Positions 32,161-40,272 of a stretch of 40,272 nt of DNA are shown here, in pieces; the stretch's first letter is position 1; every line of letters starts with the position of its first letter. The position numbers and the translations under genes were made by a program. Below the pieces are notes generated by a model. That model worked only from the letters and a program-made list of their open reading frames with translations, ran no database searches and was not told where the DNA came from. The DNA is taken from assembly GCA_031364865.1 (NCBI GenBank), contig JANLWZ010000246.1, forward strand, positions 1 through 40,272. The letters run 5' to 3'. Source of the stretch: Elusimicrobiota bacterium. Lineage in GTDB: Bacteria; Elusimicrobiota; Elusimicrobia; 2-01-FULL-59-12.

Positions 32161-35100
32161 ATGGCACTTAAAAAGCAAAATATTCCGATTCTGCTCAACA
32201 AGGGTCGCCAAGACATCGTTGACCCGAAGACCGTCGAGCCTGGCACGCCCACACGCCTGACGAACGCCGTCTTCACGAAGGCAAATCGCTACTCGAAGCG
32301 CTTCGGCACGCGCTCTCTTTCCAAAAGTATTCTAGGAGGCGGAGAAATAAGCTCCGCGAAGAAGCTAGAATCGTTTCAAGACGAGCTACTGCTCCTGACC
32401 GAAGACCGTGTCTACACGTATGCGCCCGAATCTGACGAGTGGGTCGATAAAGGCATAGTTCCACTAATTGTGACCTCCGTAGAGGAAGTCATTCGCAATA
32501 CTGAGCAGCAGACCTCTCCAGATGCCAATATCGTTCGGGGGACAATCGTCTCCGCTTGGGAAGATACGCGCGGGGGCGTCTTCGCGACCGCCTATGACGC
32601 CATCTCAAACGCCATCAAGGTGCCCGACTCTCAAATCGCAGCCGCACCAGCCATGCGTCCGAAGGTCGTCTCTGTAGGTAACTTCGCTTTCGCCTTCTAT
32701 GCCTCCGGCAGCACAATCCGTCTCCGCAGGTATTCAACAACGTCTGGTACGATGTTCCTCCCAGAGCAAAGCCTGACGGGTGATCTGAACGTGACGGGCT
32801 TCTTCGATGTTTGCGTCTTCAATAACGCAATCATTCTTGTTTGGCACACAGTTACCAACGAAATCCGAGTCTGTTACGTGAATCAAGACGGAATTGTCGG
32901 TTCCCCTGTGACCGGATTTCCCACTGCAACCTCATTTCCTACCCCCGTCACCGGCTGCTTAGGTGCATGGGTAGACTTGTTGAACGGCGTAATTCACGTC
33001 GGTTGGTTTGACGCGGCCACTGGAACGCATGTACGAGGCATTCGCGCGGTGGACTTTGGAAGCCAATACGCCCCGGTCTCTGTAGACGCCACACTTTCTC
33101 CCACCACGCGCAACATAAGCGGCATTCTGGTCTCAGGCTCGACAACACGGCTTTTCTATGAAGTTTCTGCTGCCTCTCCTTCTAATGCTCTCGTTAAGAC
33201 GGCTACGGTCACGGCCCTCGGCATCACTACGGCCCCCCTCACCGTCCTTCGTTCGGTGGGAATGGCCTCGAAGCCCTTCGTCAATCCTTCTGGCGTTCAC
33301 CTTGCTGTCGTACATGATTCTACTCTACAGTCTACTTATTTTGTAACGGATTCGGACGGCCTTATCCATTCCCGCTCTGCCTCTGGCACCGCAGGCGGTC
33401 TTTCTTCCCGCGCTTCTCACTTGCCGGAGATATTTTTTGGACCAAACGGCCAATTCCTACACGTTGCCGAAATTAAGACGCAGGTCATTACCGAAAATAA
33501 CACGACCTTCACGCGAACAGGCGTCTCCCGTTTCTCACACGACTTCACACTCGAAGTCTTTCCCAAAACGAGCGAATTCGCCGGAAGCCTCTACCTACCT
33601 GGCGCCTTCCTACAGGCCTATGACGGCGATGGCTTCGTAGAGGCCGGGTATCATATCTATCCCGAGGGAGTTTCGGCCATTGTTGCCGGAGCAGGCTCAA
33701 TTGGTATCGGAACCTATCTCTACTACGCAATGTACGAGTGGGTCGATGCGAAAGGACAGCTCCATAGAAGCGCTCCGTCCATCCCACTCACGGTCGTTGT
33801 TGGCGGCGCAAATAGCACTGTCACTCTTACGATCCCAACGCTGCGCATTACAGCAAGACAGGGGACTAGAACTGCACCCATCATTGCCGTTTACAGAACT
33901 ACAGCGGGAGGCACAATTCCCTACCGAGTCTCTTCGCGCACTGTTGCAGGCGGCAATAATGGGCTCTTCCTCTCCGACCCAACGGTCGACTCAATCACTT
34001 TCGTAGATGTGCTGGCTGATACTGCCATCACGAGCCAAGAAATTCTCTATACCGCAGGCGGTGAATTGGAAAATTTGCCAACGCCGCCCTGTTCGGCAGC
34101 GACCGTCTTCAAGAACCGGCTCTTCCTCAACACGACGGACGGCTCGCGCGAAATTTTCTTCTCGAAGGAATCTTCAGCAGGCGTCGGCGCAGGCTTCAGC
34201 CCGCTCTTAATCCTGACGCCCGACAATTCGGCAGCAGACACGTTGGGCCTCGGTGTCCTTGACGACAAATTGATCCTCTTCAAAAACTATTCGGCCTATG
34301 TGACTTTCGGCGATGGCCCAAATGCGACAGGTGTCGGCGGCGCCTTTTCCGTCCCCGAAAGAATTGCGACCAGTACGGGCTGCCCATACGCAGCGAGCAT
34401 CACGTCCGCAAAGCAAGGTCTTTTCTACAAGAGCACGAAGGGCCTTCGCCTCTTGGATCGTGGTCTAAATGAGGTCCCAATCGGAATTCCCGTAAAGGAT
34501 ATGGATGGGCTCACAATCTCCAGCGGAATTGTCATGCCCGAAGCCGAAGAAATCCGCTTCCTTCACGCGGATGGAGATGCGGCCATTTACAATGACCTTT
34601 TCCAACAATGGTCCTCCTTTACAAACTATGCCGCGATTGACTCGGCCATTTGGCTGGGCGTCTTCGCCTTCGCTGAGGCAGACGGAACCGTCCGCCTAGA
34701 GGATCGGTCTTCTTTCACTGATGCAGGCCAATTCTATCCCATGACAGTCGAAATGGGTTGGATAAGCCTCGCATCGGTTGAGGGCTTCCAACGCGTTTGG
34801 CGCCTCCTCCTTCTCGGCGAATATAAGAGCCCACACAAGCTTCGCATCCGAGTCGGTAAGAACTTCGAGCCTAGTTGGACTGAAATAGTCCACTTTGACC
34901 CGGCCACTGCCCTGAATCAGGCAACCTACGGAAGTTCCTCACCCTATGGTGCCGAATATCTAATGGGTAATGGCTCATCAACCTCTCAAGTGGCACTCGA
35001 TTCGGTCTACCAGGCTCGCATCCATCTCGCTACTCAAAAATGTGAGAGCATACGATTCGAAATTATGGACATCCAAGTATCTGGAACTTTTGGCGAAAGC

Positions 35101-35190
35101 ATGAATCTTTCGGCATTGTCTCTTGAGGTAGGAGCGAAGACAGGCTCCTTCAAAGCCTCTCAATCTAAGAGCGCAGGATCTAAGGAGTAA
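32161..35190 (+). CDS. large tail protein (tail tubular protein B / nozzle-like, positional call)
   Basis: 1009 aa, beta-rich, located between the adaptor-like and internal-virion-like genes. Confidence 0.45.
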   Translation: MALKKQNIPILLNKGRQDIVDPKTVEPGTPTRLTNAVFTKANRYSKRFGTRSLSKSILGGGEISSAKKLESFQDELLLLTEDRVYTYAPESDEWVDKGIVPLIVTSVEEVIRNTEQQTSPDANIVRGTIVSAWEDTRGGVFATAYDAISNAIKVPDSQIAAAPAMRPKVVSVGNFAFAFYASGSTIRLRRYSTTSGTMFLPEQSLTGDLNVTGFFDVCVFNNAIILVWHTVTNEIRVCYVNQDGIVGSPVTGFPTATSFPTPVTGCLGAWVDLLNGVIHVGWFDAATGTHVRGIRAVDFGSQYAPVSVDATLSPTTRNISGILVSGSTTRLFYEVSAASPSNALVKTATVTALGITTAPLTVLRSVGMASKPFVNPSGVHLAVVHDSTLQSTYFVTDSDGLIHSRSASGTAGGLSSRASHLPEIFFGPNGQFLHVAEIKTQVITENNTTFTRTGVSRFSHDFTLEVFPKTSEFAGSLYLPGAFLQAYDGDGFVEAGYHIYPEGVSAIVAGAGSIGIGTYLYYAMYEWVDAKGQLHRSAPSIPLTVVVGGANSTVTLTIPTLRITARQGTRTAPIIAVYRTTAGGTIPYRVSSRTVAGGNNGLFLSDPTVDSITFVDVLADTAITSQEILYTAGGELENLPTPPCSAATVFKNRLFLNTTDGSREIFFSKESSAGVGAGFSPLLILTPDNSAADTLGLGVLDDKLILFKNYSAYVTFGDGPNATGVGGAFSVPERIATSTGCPYAASITSAKQGLFYKSTKGLRLLDRGLNEVPIGIPVKDMDGLTISSGIVMPEAEEIRFLHADGDAAIYNDLFQQWSSFTNYAAIDSAIWLGVFAFAEADGTVRLEDRSSFTDAGQFYPMTVEMGWISLASVEGFQRVWRLLLLGEYKSPHKLRIRVGKNFEPSWTEIVHFDPATALNQATYGSSSPYGAEYLMGNGSSTSQVALDSVYQARIHLATQKCESIRFEIMDIQVSGTFGESMNLSALSLEVGAKTGSFKASQSKSAGSKE

Positions 35191-35200
35191 GGGAACCTTT

Positions 35201-36130
35201 ATGGCAAACATTGGCGGAGCAGCTTCAGGTCTCGCAGGAGGCGCCTCAACTGGGGCAGCCCTCGGCTCTGTAATTCCAGGCATCGGAACAGCCATCGGCG
35301 GAGTGGTCGGCGGTCTGATTGGCGGAATTGGCGGCCTATTCAGCGGTGGAGATGACCCGGAGGTTGTCCAAGAACTATACAGACAGCCTGGACTAGAAGC
35401 CGCACAGGGCCGACTTGGCACGCTTCTTGCGCAACAGCAGCAGCCCGGAAGAGCTGTCGCAGCGCTTGAAGGCTCACAGCAATTTCGCGGTCAGCAGCTC
35501 AGTCTCGCCGAACAGCTCGCACAGGCGGCAGGCGGCCAAGGCCCTTCCATCGCCGATCAGCAGACGAAGATGGCGCAGGAAAATGCGATGGCGCAGGCGC
35601 TTGCGCTTCAAAGCTCGCAGCGCGGTGGGAACGTCGGCCTTCAGCAGCGGCAGACGCTGGGCTCGATTGCGCAGCAGAATCAGGCGCTTGCACAGCAAGG
35701 ACAGCTCGCAAAGCTTCAGGAAATTTTCACAGCCCGCGCAGCCCTCGGAGATTTGCTTGCACAAGGGCGCTCTGGTGATGTACAATTGGGACAGGGCTTT
35801 ACCCAAGAACAGGCTGCACGAACGCAGGGCGCAATCGGACTCGAAGGCGTCTTGGCTCAGCGTGAGCTGGCGCAAGCAGCCGCGAATCAGAATCTCGAAG
35901 GCGCTCTCCGCAATGTCGACGAGGAAGAACAGAAAAGAGCCCGTCAGGACTTCGGAGCCGCTCTCGGCGCTGCCAGTTCCTTAGGCGGCTTCCTCAGCTC
36001 ACAGTCGAAGCCTAGCGGAACCTCAGTGGCTGCCGACGGAATTCGAACAGCAAATATGGTAGGAAACGCTTCCAATATAAACGTGGGCTCCGCGCTCACG
36101 AGTGGCCTCAAGTTCCTCGGAGGCAAATAA
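35201..36130 (+). CDS. internal virion / ejection protein candidate
   Basis: 309 aa. Gly-zipper hydrophobic N-terminus (GGAASGLAGGASTGAALGSVIPGIGTAIGGVVGGLIGGIGG) followed by a Gln/Ala-rich helical region. Confidence 0.5.
   Translation: MANIGGAASGLAGGASTGAALGSVIPGIGTAIGGVVGGLIGGIGGLFSGGDDPEVVQELYRQPGLEAAQGRLGTLLAQQQQPGRAVAALEGSQQFRGQQLSLAEQLAQAAGGQGPSIADQQTKMAQENAMAQALALQSSQRGGNVGLQQRQTLGSIAQQNQALAQQGQLAKLQEIFTARAALGDLLAQGRSGDVQLGQGFTQEQAARTQGAIGLEGVLAQRELAQAAANQNLEGALRNVDEEEQKRARQDFGAALGAASSLGGFLSSQSKPSGTSVAADGIRTANMVGNASNINVGSALTSGLKFLGGK
35415..35431 (+). promoter_or_regulatory. intragenic sigma-54 consensus match CTTGGCACGCTTCTTGCG
   Basis: Perfect TGGCAC-N5-TTGC on the sense strand inside 35201..36130. 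Confidence 0.3.
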
Positions 36131-36134
36131 GACT

Positions 36135-37694
36135 ATGGCACTAAAACCAGTCGCAAAACTTCCTAGCACAACTACTCCCGGCGGCGAAAAGACCGTCTTC
36201 CAGGACTCCGACTCTGGCGAGCTTTTTGTTCGCAGCGGTAGCGAAATGGTCGCCGTCTCAAAAGAGAGTCCGCTCCATAGTACTATTTCTCGCAGTCTTC
36301 CTGGAGCTGTTGAGCCTGTCGTCACAGAAACGCCCATCGCTCCAAAGCCGGTTGACGTTGTGCAGGCGGCTCGCACTTCTATTCCCGCACCGAGTGCTCC
36401 GCAGGAGGCAGAGGCTCCGACCTCCGCTCTTACTCCCGTCCCGGTCCAAGCTCCGCAGGCGCAATCGCCCATGAAGGAAAAAGTTCAGATCACGGAAGAA
36501 GCGCAGCTCGTTCCTCCGGCGCTCATCAAAGAATATGAGGACTCGCTGAGGGCACAGCAGAATGCCGCACAAGCTGGGGCCGAAGCCGCAATGAAGCAGG
36601 CCGGGGCGGAAGTCGTGCAGCGCGAAGTTCGTGAGCAGGAACTCGCACAGTCCATGAAGCGCCAGCAGGACTTGATGGCCGAGTACAGCAAGAAAAAGGA
36701 AGAGAATGAAGGGCGTGTCCGCACGCGCATTCAAGACCTCCAGGAGCAGAAGGTCGATCCACAGCGCTTCTTCAAGGATCGTGGAAATTGGGACACGCTT
36801 GCCGCAGGCTTAGCAATTGCAGCAGGCGCCTATGCTTCCGCTCTTACTGGTGGAGAGAATGCAGCCCTTCGCATCGTCAATAGCGCCATCGACCGTGACA
36901 TCGACGCACAGAAAAGCGAACTTGCGAAGAAAAAGGACCTCGTCAATCTCGAAGACAATCTCTACGCGAAGGAAATGGCCTTCTACAACGATGCGCAGCA
37001 GGCGGAAGCCTCCGTCCGCTTGACGCAGCTCTCCGCCTTCGAGAACCGTCTTCAGAATGCGGTTGCTAAGAGCCAAAATCCAATAATTGCGGCGAATGCT
37101 AAGAGAACACTTGCCGGACTCCAGCAGCAGGCTGCGGAATGGAAGGCAAAGCTTGCTCCTAAAGCACAGCAAGTGACGACGCGAGAAGCGGCTACTTCCA
37201 AACTCGATCCGAAGACGCAGCTAGAGGCCTCGCATCAGATTCAGAAAAATCTAAACGACAATCAGGACATTACGTCCTATCGCTCAGCGAAGAACACTCT
37301 ACAGAAGCTTGAGTCGAGCATAATTGCTGGTCGCCCGGAAATTGCAACCGTAGATTTTGTTGCGACTTACCTGAAGCAGGGCTCCTTCGGCCCGAATTTG
37401 GTGGAGATTCTGAAGGCCGCTCAACCTGGAGTGCAGAACGTCTCGGACGCCATCAAAATCGAGCTTGGCAAAGGAACTTCCAGCGCCTTTGTAAAGGATC
37501 TTCGTCAATATCTGAAGGCGGACAAAGAGCGACTCTCGAAGCAAATTGGTCCGCAGGTTGAGCGACTTAATGCTGAGGCGCAGATGGCCGGATATCGTGG
37601 CATCGAAGACTTCGCTGATTTGGATCTCTCGGAAGTTAAGCGCTCTGCAAAATTCGACGAGATAGCAAAGAAAACCGGCAAAAAAGTAAAGTAA
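36135..37694 (+). CDS. internal virion protein candidate (coiled-coil rich)
   Basis: 519 aa from ATG 36135 (GGAGG upstream). The track start at 36102 is a GTG overlapping the previous gene. Confidence 0.5.
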   Translation: MALKPVAKLPSTTTPGGEKTVFQDSDSGELFVRSGSEMVAVSKESPLHSTISRSLPGAVEPVVTETPIAPKPVDVVQAARTSIPAPSAPQEAEAPTSALTPVPVQAPQAQSPMKEKVQITEEAQLVPPALIKEYEDSLRAQQNAAQAGAEAAMKQAGAEVVQREVREQELAQSMKRQQDLMAEYSKKKEENEGRVRTRIQDLQEQKVDPQRFFKDRGNWDTLAAGLAIAAGAYASALTGGENAALRIVNSAIDRDIDAQKSELAKKKDLVNLEDNLYAKEMAFYNDAQQAEASVRLTQLSAFENRLQNAVAKSQNPIIAANAKRTLAGLQQQAAEWKAKLAPKAQQVTTREAATSKLDPKTQLEASHQIQKNLNDNQDITSYRSAKNTLQKLESSIIAGRPEIATVDFVATYLKQGSFGPNLVEILKAAQPGVQNVSDAIKIELGKGTSSAFVKDLRQYLKADKERLSKQIGPQVERLNAEAQMAGYRGIEDFADLDLSEVKRSAKFDEIAKKTGKKVK

Positions 37695-37708
37695 AGCAAA
37701 GCTACTCT

Positions 37709-40168
37709 ATGGTGCTTTTCAATAAAGAAACAGGCGTTGCTGAAGAAGTCGCAGATCCAAATTCTGCGGTCATGCAAGGAACGCACGAACTGGATAAGAG
37801 CGCATTAGTTCGTGTCTCCAATCCTTCCGATGGTTCCGTCTATGAAGTTGACGCGCCAACGGCTGCCGAACTTCTCGGTCTCGGTGGACGCATCCAGAGC
37901 CCAGAAGAGCAAAAGAGCCTCGAACTCCAAGAAAAATTCGGAGACGCTCCAATCACAGCTTCCGTCTTGGGAGCAGCACGCAGTCTTTCCCTCGGCACGA
38001 CTGACATAGCTGCAAACGCTCTCGGATACGCCGAGGAAGTTCGCGCCATCAAAGAGCTAAATCCAATTGCCAGTACGACCGGCGAGGTTGGCGGCATTGT
38101 GATCCCGATGCTTCTTTCTGGCGGTACAAGTGGCATTGCTCAGCTCGCAAAAGGTTCGACTGCGCTCACGAGGGGAGTCGGAGCGACTGCAAAGAGCCTG
38201 GGAGCCAAACTCGCTGGGAAAGGACTTGGCGGAAAAGTGGCGGAAGCTGCGCTTGAGGGCGCGGCCTATGGTGCCGGAACGAGCATCTCAGAGGCCGCTC
38301 TCGGCCAGCCCGAACACGTCGCCGAAAACCTTCTGATCGGAGGCGGTCTCGGAGCCCTTCTCCCCATCGCTGGAGCTGCGCTCAAGAAGACGGCAAAATT
38401 TGGTATCGAGAAGGCGCTTCCCGCAGTCGAAGGCCTTTTTGACCGCGACAATGCTCAGCTCATCAAAGACCTTCACCGGCTTTCGCCGGAAGCTGCCGCT
38501 AAGCGCACAATCCTGACTGACTATGCCACGAAGGATGCACGAAACAACCTGCGCTCTTCGCTCGTCAATATCGGCGAGACAAATGCTGAGCTTGGTCGCA
38601 TCGGCAAGGAACTTTTTGAGGGAACGAAGTTGGCTAATGTCGATACGTTCGTGGCCAATATTCCACGCGCACAGATCGACGAGCTTGGTGTTGCTCCCGT
38701 ACAGGCAGAAATCCTAAAGACACTTGAAGGCCTTCAGGCGCGTCCGGCTCTTTATGGTCGTGCTCCCGCTTCAGCCCTCCAAGAGACCTTCGAAGTTCTC
38801 TCTAAGCGGACGGCAAATGCGAAAAATAATGGAGAAGTCTTTCGCGCGATCAATGAAGCAAAGCAAGAAATCTCCAAACACACAAGCTTTCCGAAAGGCA
38901 GTGCTGCCACTCCCGAACAGATGCGCGCTGCGGAACCCCTGAACGAGCTTTATAGAAGAATTGCTGACTCGCTAGAAAATGCGAACGTGTGGGGCAAGGC
39001 CGGAACGACGCAGCAAAAGCTCAATTCCTCCTTCTCCGAGTTTGCAAGCGCGCAGACCGACTTTAATCGCGCCTTCACCACACGCGGTCAATTCTCGACA
39101 AAGAAGTTTCTTTCCATGCTCGACCAGAAGGACCCTGTAAAAAGTAAGCCTCTGATGGAGATTTGGAACCGATATTTGGGAACCTCTAATAAGATGCGTG
39201 AGCAGCTCATGCATTTTGGCTCCGATCAGCTCGACAATATCGCCATGCGGAAAGACGGCATAAAAAAGTTTGGCGACGAGCTAGAGAAGCTCTCGCTCAT
39301 CCGAAAAGTCGACGAGATGAAGAGCCCACTCGCCCCCATCGCTATGGTCTTCGGACGTGTCGGCATCCCCATCAACAAAATTGTTCCAGGCCCACAGCAG
39401 AGCATCAAAATTCTCGCCATGGCTGAGAAGCAAGCCGCACGTCTCAACGATACGTGGGTGGGCGAGATGGCCAAGACCTTCGGAAGCCTCTCGGCTCCTG
39501 TGACCGCGAAGGCCGGAACTGCCGTTGCTCCTCTCTTTCGGGACAACGAAGAGGCCGATGCACTCATGGGCCATGTTGCAGAACTTGCCGAGAATGCGCC
39601 GAAACTGACGGAACTTGCCGAAATGAAGATCGGCCCACTCTACGAGGTAGCGCCAAAGGTCGCGCAAGCCTCGCTCGATCAATCAATCAATACCGTCTAC
39701 TACTTGGCCTCGAAGCTCCCTGCCGATACGGCAAATCCTCCGGTTCTAGGGCTCTCGCGTCCTGGCCCACGCTTCGCTGATTCGGAAATCGCGAAGTGGT
39801 CGCGCCACTATGCTGCCGCAGTTGACCCGATGCGTCTCCTGAAGGAAATACAAACGGGAACCGTTGCGCCTGAGACGGTCGAGACGGTCAGCGTACTCTA
39901 TCCAAATTTCTATGAGAAGACGCGCCAAGGCGTCCTTCAGTACTTGGGCGAGAAGAAGCCGAAATTGCCATACAATAAGCGCCAATCCCTAGAAATGGCA
40001 CTCGGCATCTCGGTCGATGAGTCCATTCAACAGCCCAATCTGATGGCCTATCAATCGACCTTCCTGGAACAGACACAACAGCAGCCTACGGCACAGCCTT
40101 CAGGGAAGGCGCCAACTGGGCTTGGGCAAGCCATGCTAACTAAAGGACAATCTCTTACGACCCGCTAG
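37709..40168 (+). CDS. large internal virion / ejection protein candidate
   Basis: 819 aa with a Gly/Ala-rich hydrophobic segment near residues 120-230. Position matches T7 gp15/gp16-type proteins. No lysozyme motif seen. Confidence 0.5.
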   Translation: MVLFNKETGVAEEVADPNSAVMQGTHELDKSALVRVSNPSDGSVYEVDAPTAAELLGLGGRIQSPEEQKSLELQEKFGDAPITASVLGAARSLSLGTTDIAANALGYAEEVRAIKELNPIASTTGEVGGIVIPMLLSGGTSGIAQLAKGSTALTRGVGATAKSLGAKLAGKGLGGKVAEAALEGAAYGAGTSISEAALGQPEHVAENLLIGGGLGALLPIAGAALKKTAKFGIEKALPAVEGLFDRDNAQLIKDLHRLSPEAAAKRTILTDYATKDARNNLRSSLVNIGETNAELGRIGKELFEGTKLANVDTFVANIPRAQIDELGVAPVQAEILKTLEGLQARPALYGRAPASALQETFEVLSKRTANAKNNGEVFRAINEAKQEISKHTSFPKGSAATPEQMRAAEPLNELYRRIADSLENANVWGKAGTTQQKLNSSFSEFASAQTDFNRAFTTRGQFSTKKFLSMLDQKDPVKSKPLMEIWNRYLGTSNKMREQLMHFGSDQLDNIAMRKDGIKKFGDELEKLSLIRKVDEMKSPLAPIAMVFGRVGIPINKIVPGPQQSIKILAMAEKQAARLNDTWVGEMAKTFGSLSAPVTAKAGTAVAPLFRDNEEADALMGHVAELAENAPKLTELAEMKIGPLYEVAPKVAQASLDQSINTVYYLASKLPADTANPPVLGLSRPGPRFADSEIAKWSRHYAAAVDPMRLLKEIQTGTVAPETVETVSVLYPNFYEKTRQGVLQYLGEKKPKLPYNKRQSLEMALGISVDESIQQPNLMAYQSTFLEQTQQQPTAQPSGKAPTGLGQAMLTKGQSLTTR

Positions 40169-40231
40169 GCTATGCCAAATAGCTTTATATAGGCAGGGCC
40201 ATAAGCCCTAATCTACAAGGAGCCCCTCGAA

Positions 40232-40272
40232 ATGTCTCGCCAAATCGTTATCCTCCCGCACCACGCCGTTGA
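40232..40272 (+). CDS. 5' end of an ORF running off the window (MSRQIVILPHHAV...), probably the N-terminus of the 2..304 protein
   Basis: ATG 40232 lies 10 nt after AAGGAG. No stop before the window end. The frame joins base 1-304 exactly. Confidence 0.55.
   Translation, partial: MSRQIVILPHHAV

Noticed and set aside
32162-32177. TGGCACTTAAAAAGCA with correct GG-N10-GC spacing.
   Set aside because: It is the start codon and first codons (M-A-L-K-K-Q) of the 1009-aa gene, and the -12 region (AAGCA) is poor. Other loose GG-N10-GC matches inside genes (about 12046, 21705, 28386, 38223, 39763) were likewise treated as noise.
35415-36734. Overlapping alternative-frame ORFs in the Gln/Ala-rich internal-protein genes (35415..35984 +, 35474..35875 -, 36258..36734 -).
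   Set aside because: Open frames here are a by-product of the biased GC-rich repetitive codons (CAG/GCN). They lack SDs and conflict with the long, contiguous late-arm ORFs.
1-40272. Prophage or lysogeny module, T7-like RNA polymerase, tRNA genes.
   Set aside because: No tyrosine or serine recombinase motifs, no CI/Cro-like pair and no ORF of about 800-900 aa with polymerase motifs other than the family A DNA polymerase. The intergenic regions show no tRNA-like T-arm sequence such as GGTTCGAATCC.

Overview
The window reads as a near-complete, probably circularly closed, ~40.3 kb genome of a tailed dsDNA phage with a podovirus-like virion module. The host looks Gram-negative, judging from lipoboxes, OMP-type C-terminal Phe residues and spanin-like proteins. 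Two transcription arms diverge from a non-coding control region at 24193-24616 and converge at about 2756-2958.

Rightward arm (24617 -> 40272, apparently continuing through base 1 to 2756): portal, scaffold, major capsid, a strong terminator, adaptor/tail-tube-like proteins, two fibre-like proteins, three large internal-virion-like proteins, holin and an M15 endolysin.

Leftward arm (24192 -> 2958):
- an acidic early operon;
- an operon of envelope-targeted proteins (collagen-like lipoprotein, small OMP-like protein, HExxH lipoprotein, membrane and Cys-rich proteins);
- a run of translationally coupled small paralogous genes;
- a replication/recombination module (DEDD exonuclease, SF3 helicase, AEP primase, Cas4-like nuclease, SSB-like protein, dNTP pyrophosphohydrolase-like protein, HAD phosphatase, family A DNA polymerase, RuvC-like resolvase);
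- two spanin-like membrane proteins;
- a tightly overlapping packaging module ending in the large terminase.

A rhomboid intramembrane protease gene lies on the opposite strand inside the leftward arm. I could not recognise a phage RNA polymerase, integrase, repressor, tRNA or CRISPR array.

The most unusual signal is regulatory. Seven intergenic copies, plus one intragenic copy, match the sigma-54 (RpoN) -24/-12 promoter consensus TGGCAY-N5-TTGC. Six of them sit within 290 bp of the divergent control region. A second divergent region (20409-21058) pairs such motifs with oppositely oriented arrays of an 11-bp iteron, TGTCTACATTT, around an AT-rich core. No enhancer-binding ATPase is visible.

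All functional calls come from motif recognition by eye; no database searches were run.
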